Made by a program: the position numbers and the translations under genes | Notes under the pieces: generated by a model | The model's database searches: none | What the model was told of the DNA's origin: nothing | The model's input: only the letters and a program-made list of their open reading frames with translations | In this document: positions 42,867 to 56,464 of the stretch, piece after piece | Layout of the letters: the number at the start of each line of letters is the position of its first letter | How positions within the stretch are numbered: position 1 is the first letter of the stretch | Source: Octopus vulgaris | Taxonomy: Eukaryota | Length of the DNA: 64,000 bases | NCBI GenBank assembly: GCA_951406725.2 | Contig: OX597816.1 | Coordinates: 51,708,001-51,772,000 of the forward strand | Direction of reading: 5' to 3'

Positions 42867-43266
42867 TTTCCATTTAAATAGGATTTAAAAAATCGACAAA
42901 ACCGATTCCATATATGAACTCGCACCGAAAGTGGCTACACCCCATTTTCAACCATAACTTTTGCCAATTTTGACATATTTTGTTCAAGCTTCATGCCAAC
43001 AATACTTAGGATTCATGGGATCTGTGAATGCTTTAAATTCTCCAAAAACGATAATAAAAAACAATCGACGAGTGGAAAAAATCGATAAACCGATTCCTCA
43101 TAGGATTTCCCAATTAAATTGTCTGCAACTCATATTCAGGAAAAAGTTTACCAATTTCAACGGATTTCGCTTAAATTTGACGGCAATGTTAATTAGTTTG
43201 GTTTGAGAGCTTGATTAGCTTAATAATCTTAACTTAATCCCGAGCAACGCCGGGCTATACTGCTAA
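42284..43266 (+). mobile_element. Non-autonomous Helitron-like element
   Basis: 5' TCtgtatatataaaaggcag; 3' hairpin CCCG agcaacgc CGGG followed by CTAA|T. Confidence 0.75.
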
Positions 43267-44251
43267 TATTATATATAGATAACTTGAAAGACACCTAGCT
43301 ACAATTATACATACATGCATACATGCAGATACAAGAACGTATTATATGTACAGCGTGCGTACATAAAGTCTTATATACATCTCACTTCTTTCGCAAGAGA
43401 CTCGTTTGTCAAAATCCTGTACGTGATTTGCATTAAGATTCCAAATAATAAAAATGACATATACATATATACAAATGCAAATACCAATGTTCTTAGACCC
43501 ACTGGGAATAAAGGTAGGCTTCTAAATTAATACTAAATTTCCTAAATATACACAAATTCCTGTTTTGATATACATGGAGATTTTATCGGGGAAAATATGC
43601 CAGATATTGAATTTCCCCGCACGGAAGAAGAGGTACATTTGAATTGGAAATCTGTCGATAAATATATTATTACTATGTAAGTACAAGCAAAAGGTAAATC
43701 GCATTCGGATTCAAATGAACAGGTAAAGGGACATGCTCGCGGAAATACACAGATATACCAACACAACAAATACACATACACACACATACTCATACAAACA
43801 CACAAACGCTCAAAAACATACATACACACACACAAACACAGACGCATACTCGGAAATACACACACAAACACACAGAGATACACACACTCACAAACACACA
43901 GAAACACACATACACGCACACACTCACAGACGCATTCTCACGCACACTCATAAACACACACACACACAAACACACATACACACAATCACAAAGCACAAAC
44001 ACACATGCACACACACATACTCGCAGACAAACACACACACACACATATTCAGACCCAAACTTAAACATACACAAAGATATTTAGATACATTAATATCTTA
44101 TATATGAAATATACATGAAAACCTGAAGACATGTGATTTGTATATGACTTATTTATTCTGTTTTAACATTTGAATACAGCAGTGCGTGTTTGTGTGTATT
44201 TTTTAAGTGTGTTTATACGCACGTTCTCCCTTATACAGGCATATATATGCT

Positions 44252-44700
44252 GATTTCAAACTTTGGCGCAAGGCTAGAAATTTCAGGAGCGGATAAGTCG
44301 AATATATCGACCACTGTGTTCAAATGGTACTTATTTTATCAACCTTGAAAATTTGAGGGGCAAAGTCGACCTCGGCAGAATTTGAAAACAGAACGTTTCT
44401 GAACAGTTCCTTTAATTCGATGTTCGTATCCAGATCTACGTTGTATCAAAATGGTTATAAGGTACCTATTTCTTTTACAACCCACAAGAGGCTAAACACA
44501 GAGAGGACAAACAAGCACAGACAAACGGATCAAATCGATTATATCAACCCTAGTGCGTAACTGGTACATATTTAATCGAACCTGAAAGGATGAAAGGCAA
44601 AGTCGACCTCGGCAGAATTTGAAAACAGAACGTTTCTGAACAGTCCCTTTAATTCGATGCTGGTATCCAGATCTAAATTGTATTGAAATGGTCATAGGAT
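44252..44700 (-). mobile_element. SINE family C, two tandem partial units
   Basis: gcaaagtcgacctcggcagaatttgaaaacagaacg at ~44360 and ~44597. Confidence 0.85.
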
Positions 44701-44786
44701 ACGTGCCTTTATATCAATTTCCAATTCCTTTTCGTTGAACCGAGTGAAATCGTAGTCATGACCAATGCCAGTGCTGTCTATTAATA

Positions 44787-45115
44787 CCGAGGTCGACTTT
44801 GCCTCTCATCCTTTTGGGGTCGATTAAATAAGTACCAGTTGCGCACTGGGGTCGATTTAATCGACTTAATCCGTTTGTCTGTTCTTGTTTGTCCCCTCTA
44901 TGTGTAGCCCCTTGTGGGTAGTAAAGAAATAGGTATTTCGTCTGCCGTTACATTTTGAATTCAAATTCCGCCGAGGTCGAATTTGCCGTTCATTCTTTCG
45001 TGGTCGATAATTTAAGTACCAGTTTCACACTGGGGTCGATCTAATCGACTTAACCCATTGTCTGTCCTTGTTTGTCCCTTCTACATTTAGCCCATTCTGG
45101 CCAATAAAGAAATAA
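44787..45115 (+). mobile_element. SINE family C, ~1.8 tandem units
   Basis: Same ~184-bp unit as 41129-41312. Confidence 0.88.
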
Positions 45116-45691
45116 GATAGATTAATAGGGTGATTGATTGATTGATGGAGTTAGTGATAGGCATATATTTATGAATAGAAGTATATTCATGCACCCTTAG
45201 ATTAGAGTAAGTATCGTTATATATGGAAGTTCCTGAGTGTGATATATGAGTGTGTAACAGTCAATATATGCGTGAGCATATGACAACGCTTTCTCCCGTA
45301 TTTTAATCATAGTTTCTAAATATACTCACTACAGTAAAAATTGAGTAATTTTGGCAGAGAAACTTTCCGCCGGAAATTGCTTGATAGTAAATATAGCATC
45401 AGTTACCAGTATATTGCAATAATTGTTTGTTAAATGTCACCTGCGAAATTTCTCTCTTCATTTCAGTATCTTGTGAATATAAGACGCAATTACTTTATAA
45501 CTTTGGTGTTTGGACTAGATTTTTTTTTCTCTGAAAGAAGTGTGCTAAAATGTTTAACCAATGACTAGTAGCCCAAAAGTACAATGTCTGATCCGTAAAT
45601 ATTCTTCTTTTCCTCTTGTGGGATCAATTTCTTTTCAAAATATGGACTAACTCTAAGGCTGAATAATTTTCGTCAATTTCATGTACGTATA

Positions 45692-46102
45692 GGCGTAGGA
45701 GTGGCTGTGTGGTAAGTAGCTTGCTTACCAACCACATGGTTCCAGGTTCAGTCCCACTGCGTGGCACCTTGAGCAAGTATCTTCTATTATAGCCTCGGGT
45801 CGACCAAAGCATTATGAGTGGATTTGGTAGACGGAAACTGAAAGAAGCTCGCCGTATATATTCATATATACATGTATGTGTGTGTGTGTGTGTGTGTCTG
45901 TTTGTCTGTCTGTGTTTTCCCCCAAACATCGCTTGACAACCGATGCTGGCGTGTTACGCCCCTGTAACTTAGCGGTTCGGCAAAAGAGACCGATAGCATA
46001 AGTACTAGGCTTACAAAGAATAAGTCCTGGCGTCGATTTGCTCGACTAAAGGTAGTGATCCAGCATGGCTGCAGTCAAATGATTGAGACAAGTAAAAGAG
46101 TA
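45692..46102 (+). mobile_element. SINE family A, full length
   Basis: ggcgtaggagtggctgtgtggtaagtag...gagacaagtaaaagag. Confidence 0.94.
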
Positions 46103-46104
46103 TA

Positions 46105-46270
46105 CCGAGCAAAAAGCTTAGCGGCATTTTGTCTCATCTTTATGTTGTCAGTCCGAAGTTTACTTCACCTTTTATAATTTCGGGGTCAATACAATACGTG
46201 CCACTAGGCTCAACGTAATCAACTTACCCTCTCACTAGAATTTGCTGACCCTGTGCCAAAATTTTAAATC
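46105..46270 (+). mobile_element. SINE family C, diverged copy
   Basis: gcttagcggcattttgtc...tttcggggtcaat...gtgccaaaatttt. Confidence 0.55.
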
Positions 46271-46451
46271 TATACCATGTACGTATTGTTAACACATTAT
46301 AAACTTCATTCTACATTAAATATAATGCTACCAACATTTGTTCTTTTCCGTTAAGTGAAGTTAAATGAAATCTAACCAATATATTACTTTAGGTGACGAA
46401 AACTGCGGAAAACTGTCGTATATAGATATGTCTGCATGTGGGGGGGGGGGC

Positions 46452-46500
<49 letters not shown>

Positions 46501-46546
46501 TGTATATATCTGTAAATGTAATATGTGACAATTATTCGGTAGCCAT

Positions 46547-46607
46547 GATAAAACTCCGAGATTCGGATGCTTGAGGAGGAAATCCAAGCCGCATCTCTTC
46601 AGTTATC
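46547..46607 (-). ncRNA. Hammerhead motif, relative of 14525-14585
   Basis: GATAA-CTGAAGA-GATGC...GCATC-c-GAAt-CTC-g-GAG-TT-TTATC; canonical first core half, one substitution in GAAA. Confidence 0.6.
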
Positions 46608-47471
46608 CGGCCATCAGTAAAATGCTATGAAAAATGACTGTTATACAAAGGGAGATTTCTGTGTGATTGACCGTTATTAAGACAAAAGAGCTATTCGAAT
46701 GACCGCTACGTAAGGGGTTAAAAAGTTCATAGTATTCGCGTAAGTGCGCCTGTTCATACCTACGCAATGTGCGCTCGCACACCCACGCGCGTGCGCCTTA
46801 AGCTATACATTCATCCATCCTCACTTGAAAACGTAAACATCCTCACTGTATGAACCTTTATGGTGCGTGAGTGTCTGTGGGGTGTGTATGTATATGCATA
46901 TACATTTGGCGAAAGATGGGAGTGAGGATGATAAAATAAGTGCCGGACCGAAATATGAACTGGGATCGAAAACATTTGTTGCACTTCAATTCAAGACCAT
47001 TTCCCGGCATGGCTGCTGTGGAATTGCAGAAAGTGTAAATTAATTACAAAAGGTAACAGTTATATTTCTCGCCATACTTCAAGTAGTAAATGTCTTATAG
47101 TTGAAGAAACACTAAACAGCATATGAGCTTAACGCAGTTGTGACATAACTTAAATTACACGCTGAATTTTATTGTTCGAGCGCAAAACGAACGCAGAAAG
47201 AAAAACTTGTTGTATTTAATCAGAGAGTCCTTTGTATGCTCCAAAACCGTTCTCCATTAATTCGTGTAGTTTCCTTTTATTTGAGACGTGTGCTTAGTAA
47301 CTTTCGTTTTTCAGATATGTATGTTACTCACGGATGAAATAATCACCATGAATGCAGTGAGCCGATGCCAATTTTTTTTAGATATATGCCATATGTCCCA
47401 ATTCATATTTTTTCCTCGCTCGATTTAAGTACAAATTATATACTTAGTATATATATATATATATAATTATA

Positions 47472-47976
47472 CTAGCACCATGACCCGGCGTTACCGGTTC
47501 TAGTGCTAGTGCTTGTTGTTCGTTGCCGACGAAGTAAAAAAATTCTCACTAAATCATGAGCTAAGTTTCTTATCACATTTCAGCCAGGGCCAGTTTTGTT
47601 GTTTATCAACTAGTTGGAGGTTTTTATGAGAGTAATTGGTGTTCATTGATCATCGGTTTTCACATCTGGAACAGCATAATCATGGAAAATTAGCGGGACT
47701 ATGCACATGCCATTAGTCGGACAAAAAAGTGGCAGAAGAAAGCGAAAAACTCGAATTTGGCCGCAAAATAAGTTATGGGCATAAGGGGTCAGTTTATCGA
47801 TTTTTGAATGGCTTTCTGGGGTGACTGGGGAAATGAAAAGATCTTCACGACCACCCTTAGACAGTTTTGAAAGCCCATAGAAAATGCGAGCCTTTTACGT
47901 GAAAAACTGTGGATTTGTATAAAGGACACACAGACACATAGATACACAGATATTTTGCCGTTTATAGATATAGAGA
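47472..47976 (-). mobile_element. Non-autonomous Helitron-like element
   Basis: Minus strand starts TCtctatatctataaacggcaaaat and ends with hairpin CCGG taacg CCGG followed by CTAG|T. Confidence 0.75.
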
Positions 47977-48189
47977 TACTCTATTTATAATGTTCATTCA
48001 CTGACGTCCGGGTGATAAATGAATTGAATCGTTATTATTATTCCAGGTGTCAATAAAATAAAGTACCAGTAAAATAATGGGTCGATGTCAACGAATGAAA
48101 GCTCCCATCGGAATTACTGATCTTCTGCTCCAATCAGAAATGATAATTATTGCCGTTGTTTGTATGGTTATAATTACTCCTGTGCAAAG

Positions 48190-48380
48190 CGGGAATTGAG
48201 CAGACTCGTTAGAGCGATGGCCAAAATGCGCAGCAGTATTTTTTCATGTTTTTTATGCTGAAATCTACTTTGCATTTCATCACTTTGAGATCGATAAAGT
48301 AAGTACACATTAAGCACAGGGTTCTATGTAATAGACTAACGCCTTTCCCATAGACTTCCTGGCCAAAATTTGAAGCTATT
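48190..48380 (+). mobile_element. SINE family C, diverged copy
   Basis: tactttgcatttcatcactttgagatcgataaagtaagtac...ccaaaatttgaa. Confidence 0.55.
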
Positions 48381-48624
48381 GCTACTTGTGTATATCGTAA
48401 ACATAAGCACGATTTTATGAAGTGTACAATTCGGATAGATAGTAACGATAAATAAATTAAAAAGATAAGGATTTATTCTTAAGTATTTTTCAGAGAACTC
48501 TCCAAGAATGCAATTGACGTTTTTTCTTACACTGGTTAATAAACATCATGGCTGGACATTAAACATTTCTCGAACGTAAGAGCAAGATACACTGAAAGGA
48601 AAAATTACTGTCAATGTCTTTGTT

Positions 48625-48714
48625 TCTTCTTCTTCTTCTTCTTCTTCTTCTTCTTCTTCTTCTTCTTCTTCTTCTTCTTCTTCTTCTTCTTCTTCTTCTT
48701 CTTCTTCTTCTTCC
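48625..48714. repeat. (TTC)n microsatellite, likely the (AAG)n tail of the adjacent SINE
   Basis: Direct reading. Confidence 0.97.
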
Positions 48715-49192
48715 AATCAGGACTCACGCCAATGGCCACAAAGAATAATCTCTAATTCGAGCCTACTGTAAGCTACTAAGAATGCATGTGGCAACTTGAA
48801 GATCCACCCACCACACGCGATAGACCGGCGGTTGCATGGGCGCGAAAGCTACGTTGTTATCCTCATTCCGTAAACGGCGGCTTGTAACGGGTGGGGAGCT
48901 GAACCATCCTAAGGTACAGAGGATTCGCAATCTAGACCAGGCTCTGAAAGTCTACCACACGATAGTGGGTTACACCATGGTTCCTCTACTTTGTGGCAGA
49001 AGTAGGAAGAAAGAGTGAGAGAAAGTTGTGGTTAAAGAGCACAGCGGGGTTCACCACCCAACCCCGCCGGAGCCTCGTGGAGCTTAGGTGTTTTTGCTCA
49101 ATAAACACTCACAATGCCCGGTCTGAGAATGGAAACCGCGCTCTTACGACCGCGAGTCCGCTGCCCTAACCAGTGGGCCCTTGCGTCTCCAC
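48715..49192 (-). mobile_element. SINE family B head with a different 3' body
   Basis: About 190 nt shared with 25818-25998, then unrelated sequence ending in (AAG)n. Confidence 0.8.
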
Positions 49193-51135
49193 TGCTGTTG
49201 TTGTTTACCTCCGAGTCACTCCTAGACAACAATTATTTTTCAATTTTCTTAAAACGGTGACAATTCTGTTTGTTTTACACAATTTGATCTTGGACATCAT
49301 TATCCAAACTGCCTGTGTGATTTGAGGAAAATTTGTCTGCTACATCTAGCATGACGTTGGCTTGTGTAAATAAGTAGCATGCGGAGGTACACTTCATTCT
49401 TCAAGGGAGCGAATGACCTGTAGAATTAATCATTGTATCGTTAATTTAATTGCTAAGATCAAAAACCCTATTCCTGTGAGCCAAGGCCTTAAACAGAGCA
49501 CTACACAAAAGCCATGCTTCGTCTAATTCTATCATGGCTGATACAGTTTAGTTTTTTCGCTTTTCTGTTTCTAATTCCCATTCATCTTTGTTTCATTTTG
49601 ATTTCTCAACATGTCCCGCTTTGTTACATTCTTCCGATACTCTCCTTCGTCTTTTTTTCTTGTCGCTTGTCAGTTTTTCCCCCCTTCTGTCATTAACCTT
49701 CACATATTCTTTTTTTATTTTTGTTTTTATTTCGTTTCCACTTCTTCCTTTTTCATATTTTATTTTCCATTTCTCTTCCCATTTCTAATAACGCCTTCAT
49801 AATTATTTTCACTTTTCTTCTTTACATTGTTTAATTCATTCTTTCATTCTTTCTTCTTCTTTCACTCATTGTTACATTTCCTAACATAATTTCATTTATT
49901 TATTTCAGTTTCTTCTCAGAGCTATTTCCCATAGAGCTGTCATTTTTACTTTTAATTTTCTTATATATTTAGTTCTCCGAATTGATCGTTTTATTTTATC
50001 ATTTCAAAATATATATCTATTTCCCCCAAAAATGATTCTGCTTTGCCAATTCTATCTCTTGTTAATGTTGAAAATTTAAACGAATTTCAATCGGTAATAT
50101 TTTCAAAACACGCCATAATCCGATAGTAATTCAATTTTTGTGCAATGTTACTAAGTTTGTAGAGATATGCGTGAGTCTATGTGCTTGTCCGTGCGTGTGC
50201 TAAAGTAATTGGCTTCGATTATTCCAGGGCTTCCAGACTGATTCCTACTTTTATTGATCGGATGTAACTACAATATATTGGCTCGGTATACGAAGGAAAA
50301 GATTCAGTCGACAGCCTTCACTTTTGCAACAATGCAGGCGTATATCTGACAATAAAGGTCATGGTGTTTCTCAAAAGATCTTTATTTTCAGCTTTTAGTT
50401 AGGGGAAGGCGGTACTTATGACTTTTTACACGAATTCCGAGACTGTTAGTAAAGTCGGAAGGTCCTCAAATCGGAGATCTTGCTCCAAAGCCTGCAACAG
50501 AGTGTATCTTGCAAAAAGCATCCACGATACCAGGCAGTGGTATTAAACAGGTTGACGAATTAAATCAACTGTCATAGTAGCCACCACATGATTCGAACTC
50601 AGAGCACAAGCTTTCACAATAAATGCTGCAAGTCGACGTTCTTACAGTTCCACCAAACCACTGTCCTGGATTGTTACATTTCAATCGAGTTTGAACTGAC
50701 GAAAAGCATAATTAACTTCGGGTGTATTTGAAACCAGAGTATGTAGGTTCAGAACAAATATTGAGTCATTCTGCCTGATGCTATAATTACTCAACCAATT
50801 TGCCACTAAATTGTATTAATGTGGAAGTTGTTGAAAGCTGGTTGTGCAAATCCCTCTTGTACTTTTTTAACTCTTGTGTTCTTTACTTTGTTTACAAAGA
50901 CTACAGAATTGTATAAAAACCAAATATTTTCAATATTGCTGTTGAAGCTAGGTCGAGAAACCTGAAATTACAGAAAATGCTAAATATTTTTAGGCATAAA
51001 GTCATTAGTTCCACATTAAACAGTATGCCATTACTTCTGAAAACGGTAGGACATGATATGAAAGCTATTTTAGTAGATCAAACAAATTTGTATAAGGACT
51101 CTCGTCGACCTGATTTTAATGTCGTTTTTGTTATA

Positions 51136-51196
51136 AGTAGTAGTAGTAGTAGTAGTTGTAGTAGTAGTTGTAGTAGTAGTAGTTGTAGTAGTAGTT

Positions 51197-51290
<94 letters not shown>
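51136..51290. repeat. (TAG)n microsatellite
   Basis: Direct reading. Confidence 0.98.
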
Positions 51291-52558
51291 GTGTCAGTAC
51301 AACATGGACACGAGCTAGTTATAAGTCTTCTGTCGTCCGCATCCGTGCAGTTAGTTTGTTTATTAAAGGATGAATTAATGGATACTCTTTCTAGTAAGAT
51401 ATTATAATAGAAATTCCGTTAATGCTTGGTGATACTTCCATAAAATGTTTGCAGATGGAGTAGTCGTGTGGGAATAGTAGAAGAGTAGCTGTGCAAATGC
51501 TTTTTATTTTCCTGTAATACATTCCTTTCTTTGTTTGCACTTTTAGAAGCCATTTCATAAAATCATATATGAGTTCCATCAGAACTAAAATCATTCTGAT
51601 GTAAATAGGTTACAATACAACCTAATTTGTTCTACACTGATCCATATTCTTCATATTTATGATTCAATGGATTAAACTCCAGTTAGCACTTTGTATACTG
51701 CATTTCTAATACATATATTACGAATAAATATATTTATAAAAAAACTTCTATTCATATCTATGGAGAGAGAAGAAATGTTTTTTCATCAGATTTTACTGTA
51801 TAACATTGAGCTATGCACCAGCCCTTCAAGTAATAATGGTTTGGACAATAATATAAAATTAGAAATTTATCGATGAAATACTGAGAAATTATTGGGAAAA
51901 CGTTTACTACATAGCTACCCAATTATAGATAAGGCTGAAAGCTTTTGTTCTACGTGTAACAGTTTAAAATGAATATAACATACAAGTGAAAGTTTAATTA
52001 ATACAACCATCAGTTAATAAACATCTCCTTCGTGATAAAACGCCATCTACAGCTAGACAATTATCATATATTATAGAAATTCAATGATTTTACCTAGAAG
52101 TCACCCCATTCTAAATGAATTTATTGACTTTCTATAAAATAGAAGAATATATTAAGCCTGATATGGTGCTATGACCTTTGATTAGTAAATTACTTTACAG
52201 ACCTATGTTTTATAGCTGATGTTAGTTCTACTTCATACTAAAGTAACTGACAATGAATTCTGCAAAGTGTGAAATATGTGCGTTGTGTTACAAATCACTT
52301 CGTATTTGACGTTCGTTAAATGCCATCAATTCAGGGAATTGTACTTAGTGTTTTTCGCATGTCTATGTTTTATATTTTGCAGAATAAACTGTACTATCCA
52401 ACAGAAGTATCATCAGCACCTTAACATTTCGTCATTAAATGTGAATATGCTTCATTCATGTAAGTGCAAATTAAGGTCTTAGAAACCACTTATTTCTACA
52501 TTAAAAATTTGAATTTGTTCTCTGACCAAAGGCATATATACATATATATACATGTATG

Positions 52559-52625
<67 letters not shown>

Positions 52626-53413
52626 TATGAAGTTTTAAGATATAAGTTTAAAACTCAAACGACATGGTTTATAATAAAACATAAATATGTAGACAAGTTC
52701 TTGATAGCTTATGACGACGTTAATGACAGACTGTCATGTATGTCATTATATATGTTTGGCAGATTTCAATGTTATGTATGATGTTTCATTTTATACTTTT
52801 TAAAATATTTTATTTGTTATATGACATAGACGTTCGTGAAATTTATTTTTCAACCTTTGCTGTCTTCATTTTTATCTCTTAATTTTTATTATCTTAATTT
52901 ATAATTAGGCTTATATAAATTGAAAATGTTGGTAAAGTGTATAAAATTAGTGCAAGGAAAACAGCTTGCGACTGTCATAATAAAATAATAGTTTGTTGTG
53001 AGATATTGTACTAATTAATATAAGTTGGATTTTTTTTACACAAGTTACATGAGCAATTTTTTGTACAAAGACAATAAGTGATTTATTCGATCTCTGTACT
53101 TTACACATATTTATATTATCGACTCCCTGAAGGTAAAATTCAATGTCAATGGGTCCGTTTTAAAACAGGGATCGTTCTCAAAATTAAAAACAAAAATGGA
53201 TGTTTTATATGGAGTAAAACAAGGAACTAAGATCAATGTTATTTCCACTATGAACAGACCATTATATGTTATTATTGAACTATATATATAAATGAACACA
53301 CACAAATAAATATGAGCAACAGAAATCCACTGTAATGTTGAATACGTACAATTTGTTAACATAGCTCTAGATAGTTCTTTATAAAGATGCTATCTATTAC
53401 CATAAATCCCCAG

Positions 53414-53811
53414 TTTACTCTTTTTTTTTACATGTTTCAGGCATTTGACTGCGGCCATGCTGGAGCACCGCCTTTAATCGAGCAACTCGACCCTGGGACT
53501 TATTCTTTTGTAAGACCCAGTACTTATTCTATCGGTCTCTTTTGCCGAACCGCTAAGTAACGGGGACATAAACACACCAGCATCGGTTGTCAAGCAATGC
53601 TAGGGGGACAAACACAGACACACAAACACACACACGCATATATATATATATATATACATATATACGACGGGCTTCTTTCAGTTTCCGTCTACCAAATCCA
53701 CTCATAAGGCTTTGGTCGGCCCGAGGCTATAGTAGAAGACACTTGCCCAAGGTGCCGTGCAGTGGGACTGAACCCGGAACCATGTGGTTGGTAAACAAGC
53801 TACTAACCACA
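53414..53811 (-). mobile_element. SINE family A
   Basis: High identity to the other family A copies; slightly 5' truncated. Confidence 0.93.
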
Positions 53812-54179
53812 ATAATTTTTGTAATTCATGTTGTAGATATATAAATATTTTCTACCCTATTCGTCATCCAGTATTGATACATATATTGATACTTGGCAAC
53901 ACGTACTTTTTCAAACTTTCACCAAATGAGGCATACATATGCACAGTTTGAAAAGTTTTCAGTAGAGACGGCAATTGAATTGGTTAAGCAGAAATAAAAC
54001 AAAAATAAATGCAATATAATAAAGTAAAATAAAACAAAATAAACAGATTGCATCAACATAGTTTTAGATATTAATTGTTTTTACCAAACTACAAAAGTGA
54101 GCAATTTAGCCAGTGGTTGCATGTAGTAACTATCTCAGCGTATCTCTTCAGAAGTTTATCTGTACGCATTGAAATGTGT

Positions 54180-54540
54180 AGTGCTTCTTTAGAACTGAAT
54201 TATTTAGAACTGAATTCTTAGAACTGAATTCTAGTGTCTGCTACTCTAGGCCGATGAAGGACAACGATCCTGAAACACGGTGTCCCTAGATGCAGTTCCG
54301 GCAGCCGGGGGTGTTTGTCTCCCCTTCGTAGGGAAAAAATGTGTCAAAGCTATCAGGAGGCGTTCGATGCTTCCTAGGGCTATACAGCGGTGGTGTACCC
54401 GCTACTGTCACGTTCTTGTTAGATTGACAGTATACAACCATTCTATCGCCCCACCACCGTACATGTCAATTCAATATTTCGTATGAATTCTTTTCTTCCT
54501 ATTAATATTACGGAAGGACAGCTGTTAGACTACCTTTCTC
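54180..54540 (+). mobile_element. Diverged relative of the ~361-nt retrozyme-like unit
   Basis: HHR followed by agatgc..ccggca..ggggg...ctcccc and tgtgtca..agcta..gaggcg..gatg, collinear with 60510-60660. Confidence 0.6.
54245..54290 (+). ncRNA. Type I hammerhead motif, CCGAUGA core (U4C)
   Basis: TCTAGG-CCGATGA-AGGA caacga TCCT-GAAA-CAC g GTG-TC-CCTAGA; 6-bp stem I and GUC triplet. Confidence 0.78.
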
Positions 54541-55789
54541 GTTAAAAATGTCCTAGAAATTTCACATTGCTTTGGCTTTGTTGTCTCATTTTAGTTAACA
54601 AAATGCCTCTGCGTATCGTACTATACACGCATACATACCTCTACGTGCATCTGTGTATTCTTCCATTTCGATTCTCTTCTATGGTGATATGCGTGAGCGC
54701 GGTTGTTTCTGATCATATATAAGTGTCTTTGCATATTCTTACGCGTCCTGTAAGTCTATAGTTTCAAGCCTTTCTGAACCCACGTCGCCCTTAGAACCAG
54801 ACCTTTATTGGTGTTTGTCATAAACTAAAATATCTCAGATGACATATTAATATAATTCTAGTACACTCTGAAAAAACAAACGAGAGCGTCATATCAAAGC
54901 AGCATTTGGCGATGGAGATGTAAATCTAGCCTGTGATAGATGGGTTTCAGGTTGTCAAACCCTTGACAGTAAAATGTAGTGACTTATGGGATACTTTAGA
55001 AGATTCGTAACAATACCGCCGACAATTACTTGCTTCTAGCAATCTATGTTTATCGATCGAGTTTTCGTTTTGGTTTATATTTATTTATCTTTTATCGATC
55101 ACTTTCCCTATCTTCCTATATAATACTATTTACCACACACCACTACACGCCAATAAGTATCTGCTCTCACACATACATTTTACGCATATAAATACTTTTG
55201 CATGTGCGTATGAGTGTGTATGTGCGCGCTCGTGTGTGTGTGTGTGGATGTATTTGTGTACGTGCGCGTATACATGTGCGTGTGTATACAATGTCGTATA
55301 GCTACACAATTAAATAAACGTGTGCGTGCGTGTGCGTGTGTGCGTGAGTGTGCGTATGCGTGTGTGTGTGTGTAGATTTGTCGCATGCTTCTTCAGATCA
55401 TAGTCCGTATTCCTGAGATGATTTCAGTGCAGTTTGTAGTATCCATGGAGATCGGGTAGATTATGTTCATGCAGTCATTTCTTCGAACGATATGGCATTA
55501 ATGGGTGTTTAACTGAGCGTTGTTTGTCAATTTTGACCAATGAGAAGGTTGATTGGGGATAAGTGGGCATTTCTGTGTGTATTTGGTTGGGAGGAGTAGA
55601 AGTGATGGAAAGAGAAAAAGGAATGGTAATTATAAGGAGAGGGGTGTGTGTATGCTGATGTTGGACTTATTTTGCTATTTGAGTATGCAGATGTTGGGAT
55701 GGGTAGTATAGTTCTTTTGTTTGACCTTATTCCCAGCAGGCACATCTTCAATTAAGAAGTAGTCGGGTCAGTAGGTACAGCCACTACAA

Positions 55790-56104
55790 AAATTCAGTTG
55801 TTAGAGTTTATTGTCTTAGATGACAAATGATACTTTCTTAATATTTCGTTTTTGGATTTGGTTTGCAAGATTATTTCTGAGTTCGTGTGTTGAAGCATAT
55901 TCTGTTGTGTCTGGGGAGGGTCATTTTCTTTTTGTGCCTTATAATTTAACACACTCACCGGTAAAATTTCAACTTATTTCTTATTTTCATTTTCCTAAAA
56001 CGTTCGTTGCATCTTGCAACCTTTTCAATAGTCGTAAGTGGAAATTTTACCGGCGAGTGTGTTACGTTATAAGGCACAAATGACACTCTCTAGACACAAC
56101 AGAA
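55790..56104 (-). mobile_element. PLE-like pLTR fragment with inverted arm and degenerate hammerhead
   Basis: Arms 55900-55976 and 56035-56104. Minus strand 55995-56031 reads CTA-TTGAAAA-gGTTGCA aga TGCAAC-GAAcgtt-t-TAG. Confidence 0.6.
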
Positions 56105-56280
56105 GTTACTTTATTAAAATGACATTTTCACTACTTTTGGTGGATTAATGATATAACATACAACATATGAAAATAGTGTCTATTTTGTTTAGTTATTAGT
56201 ATGTTCTTCCCTTCTATGATATGCTAAAGGCAGTTAGTGTCGCTCTGTTTCAAAAAAAAAGACGTTAGCAAATGAGTCAA

Positions 56281-56464
56281 GGTCCGAATGTTTCGTGCCT
56301 TAGCACTTATCAAAATAGTTACAGGTTGATAAGTGCCAACGCACAAAACATTCGGACCATGAACCACTCTGTTAATTCTGCTAAATATTCATAAAAATAT
56401 ACATATACTCATATTTTGAGCTCTATTTTCCCTGTTTTTATACATATGTTGATACATATCAAAA

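Noticed and set aside
43560-43680. Possible exon (DIHGDFIGENMPDIEFPRTEEE|gt)
   Set aside because: No clear acceptor site, recognised homology or partner exons.
53110-53260. GVKQG RT-like motif
   Set aside because: A single short motif without other RT blocks.
53587-53844. Recurrent peptide RRASFSFRLPNPL...HLPKVP...EPGTMW
   Set aside because: Antisense translation of SINE family A, not a gene family.
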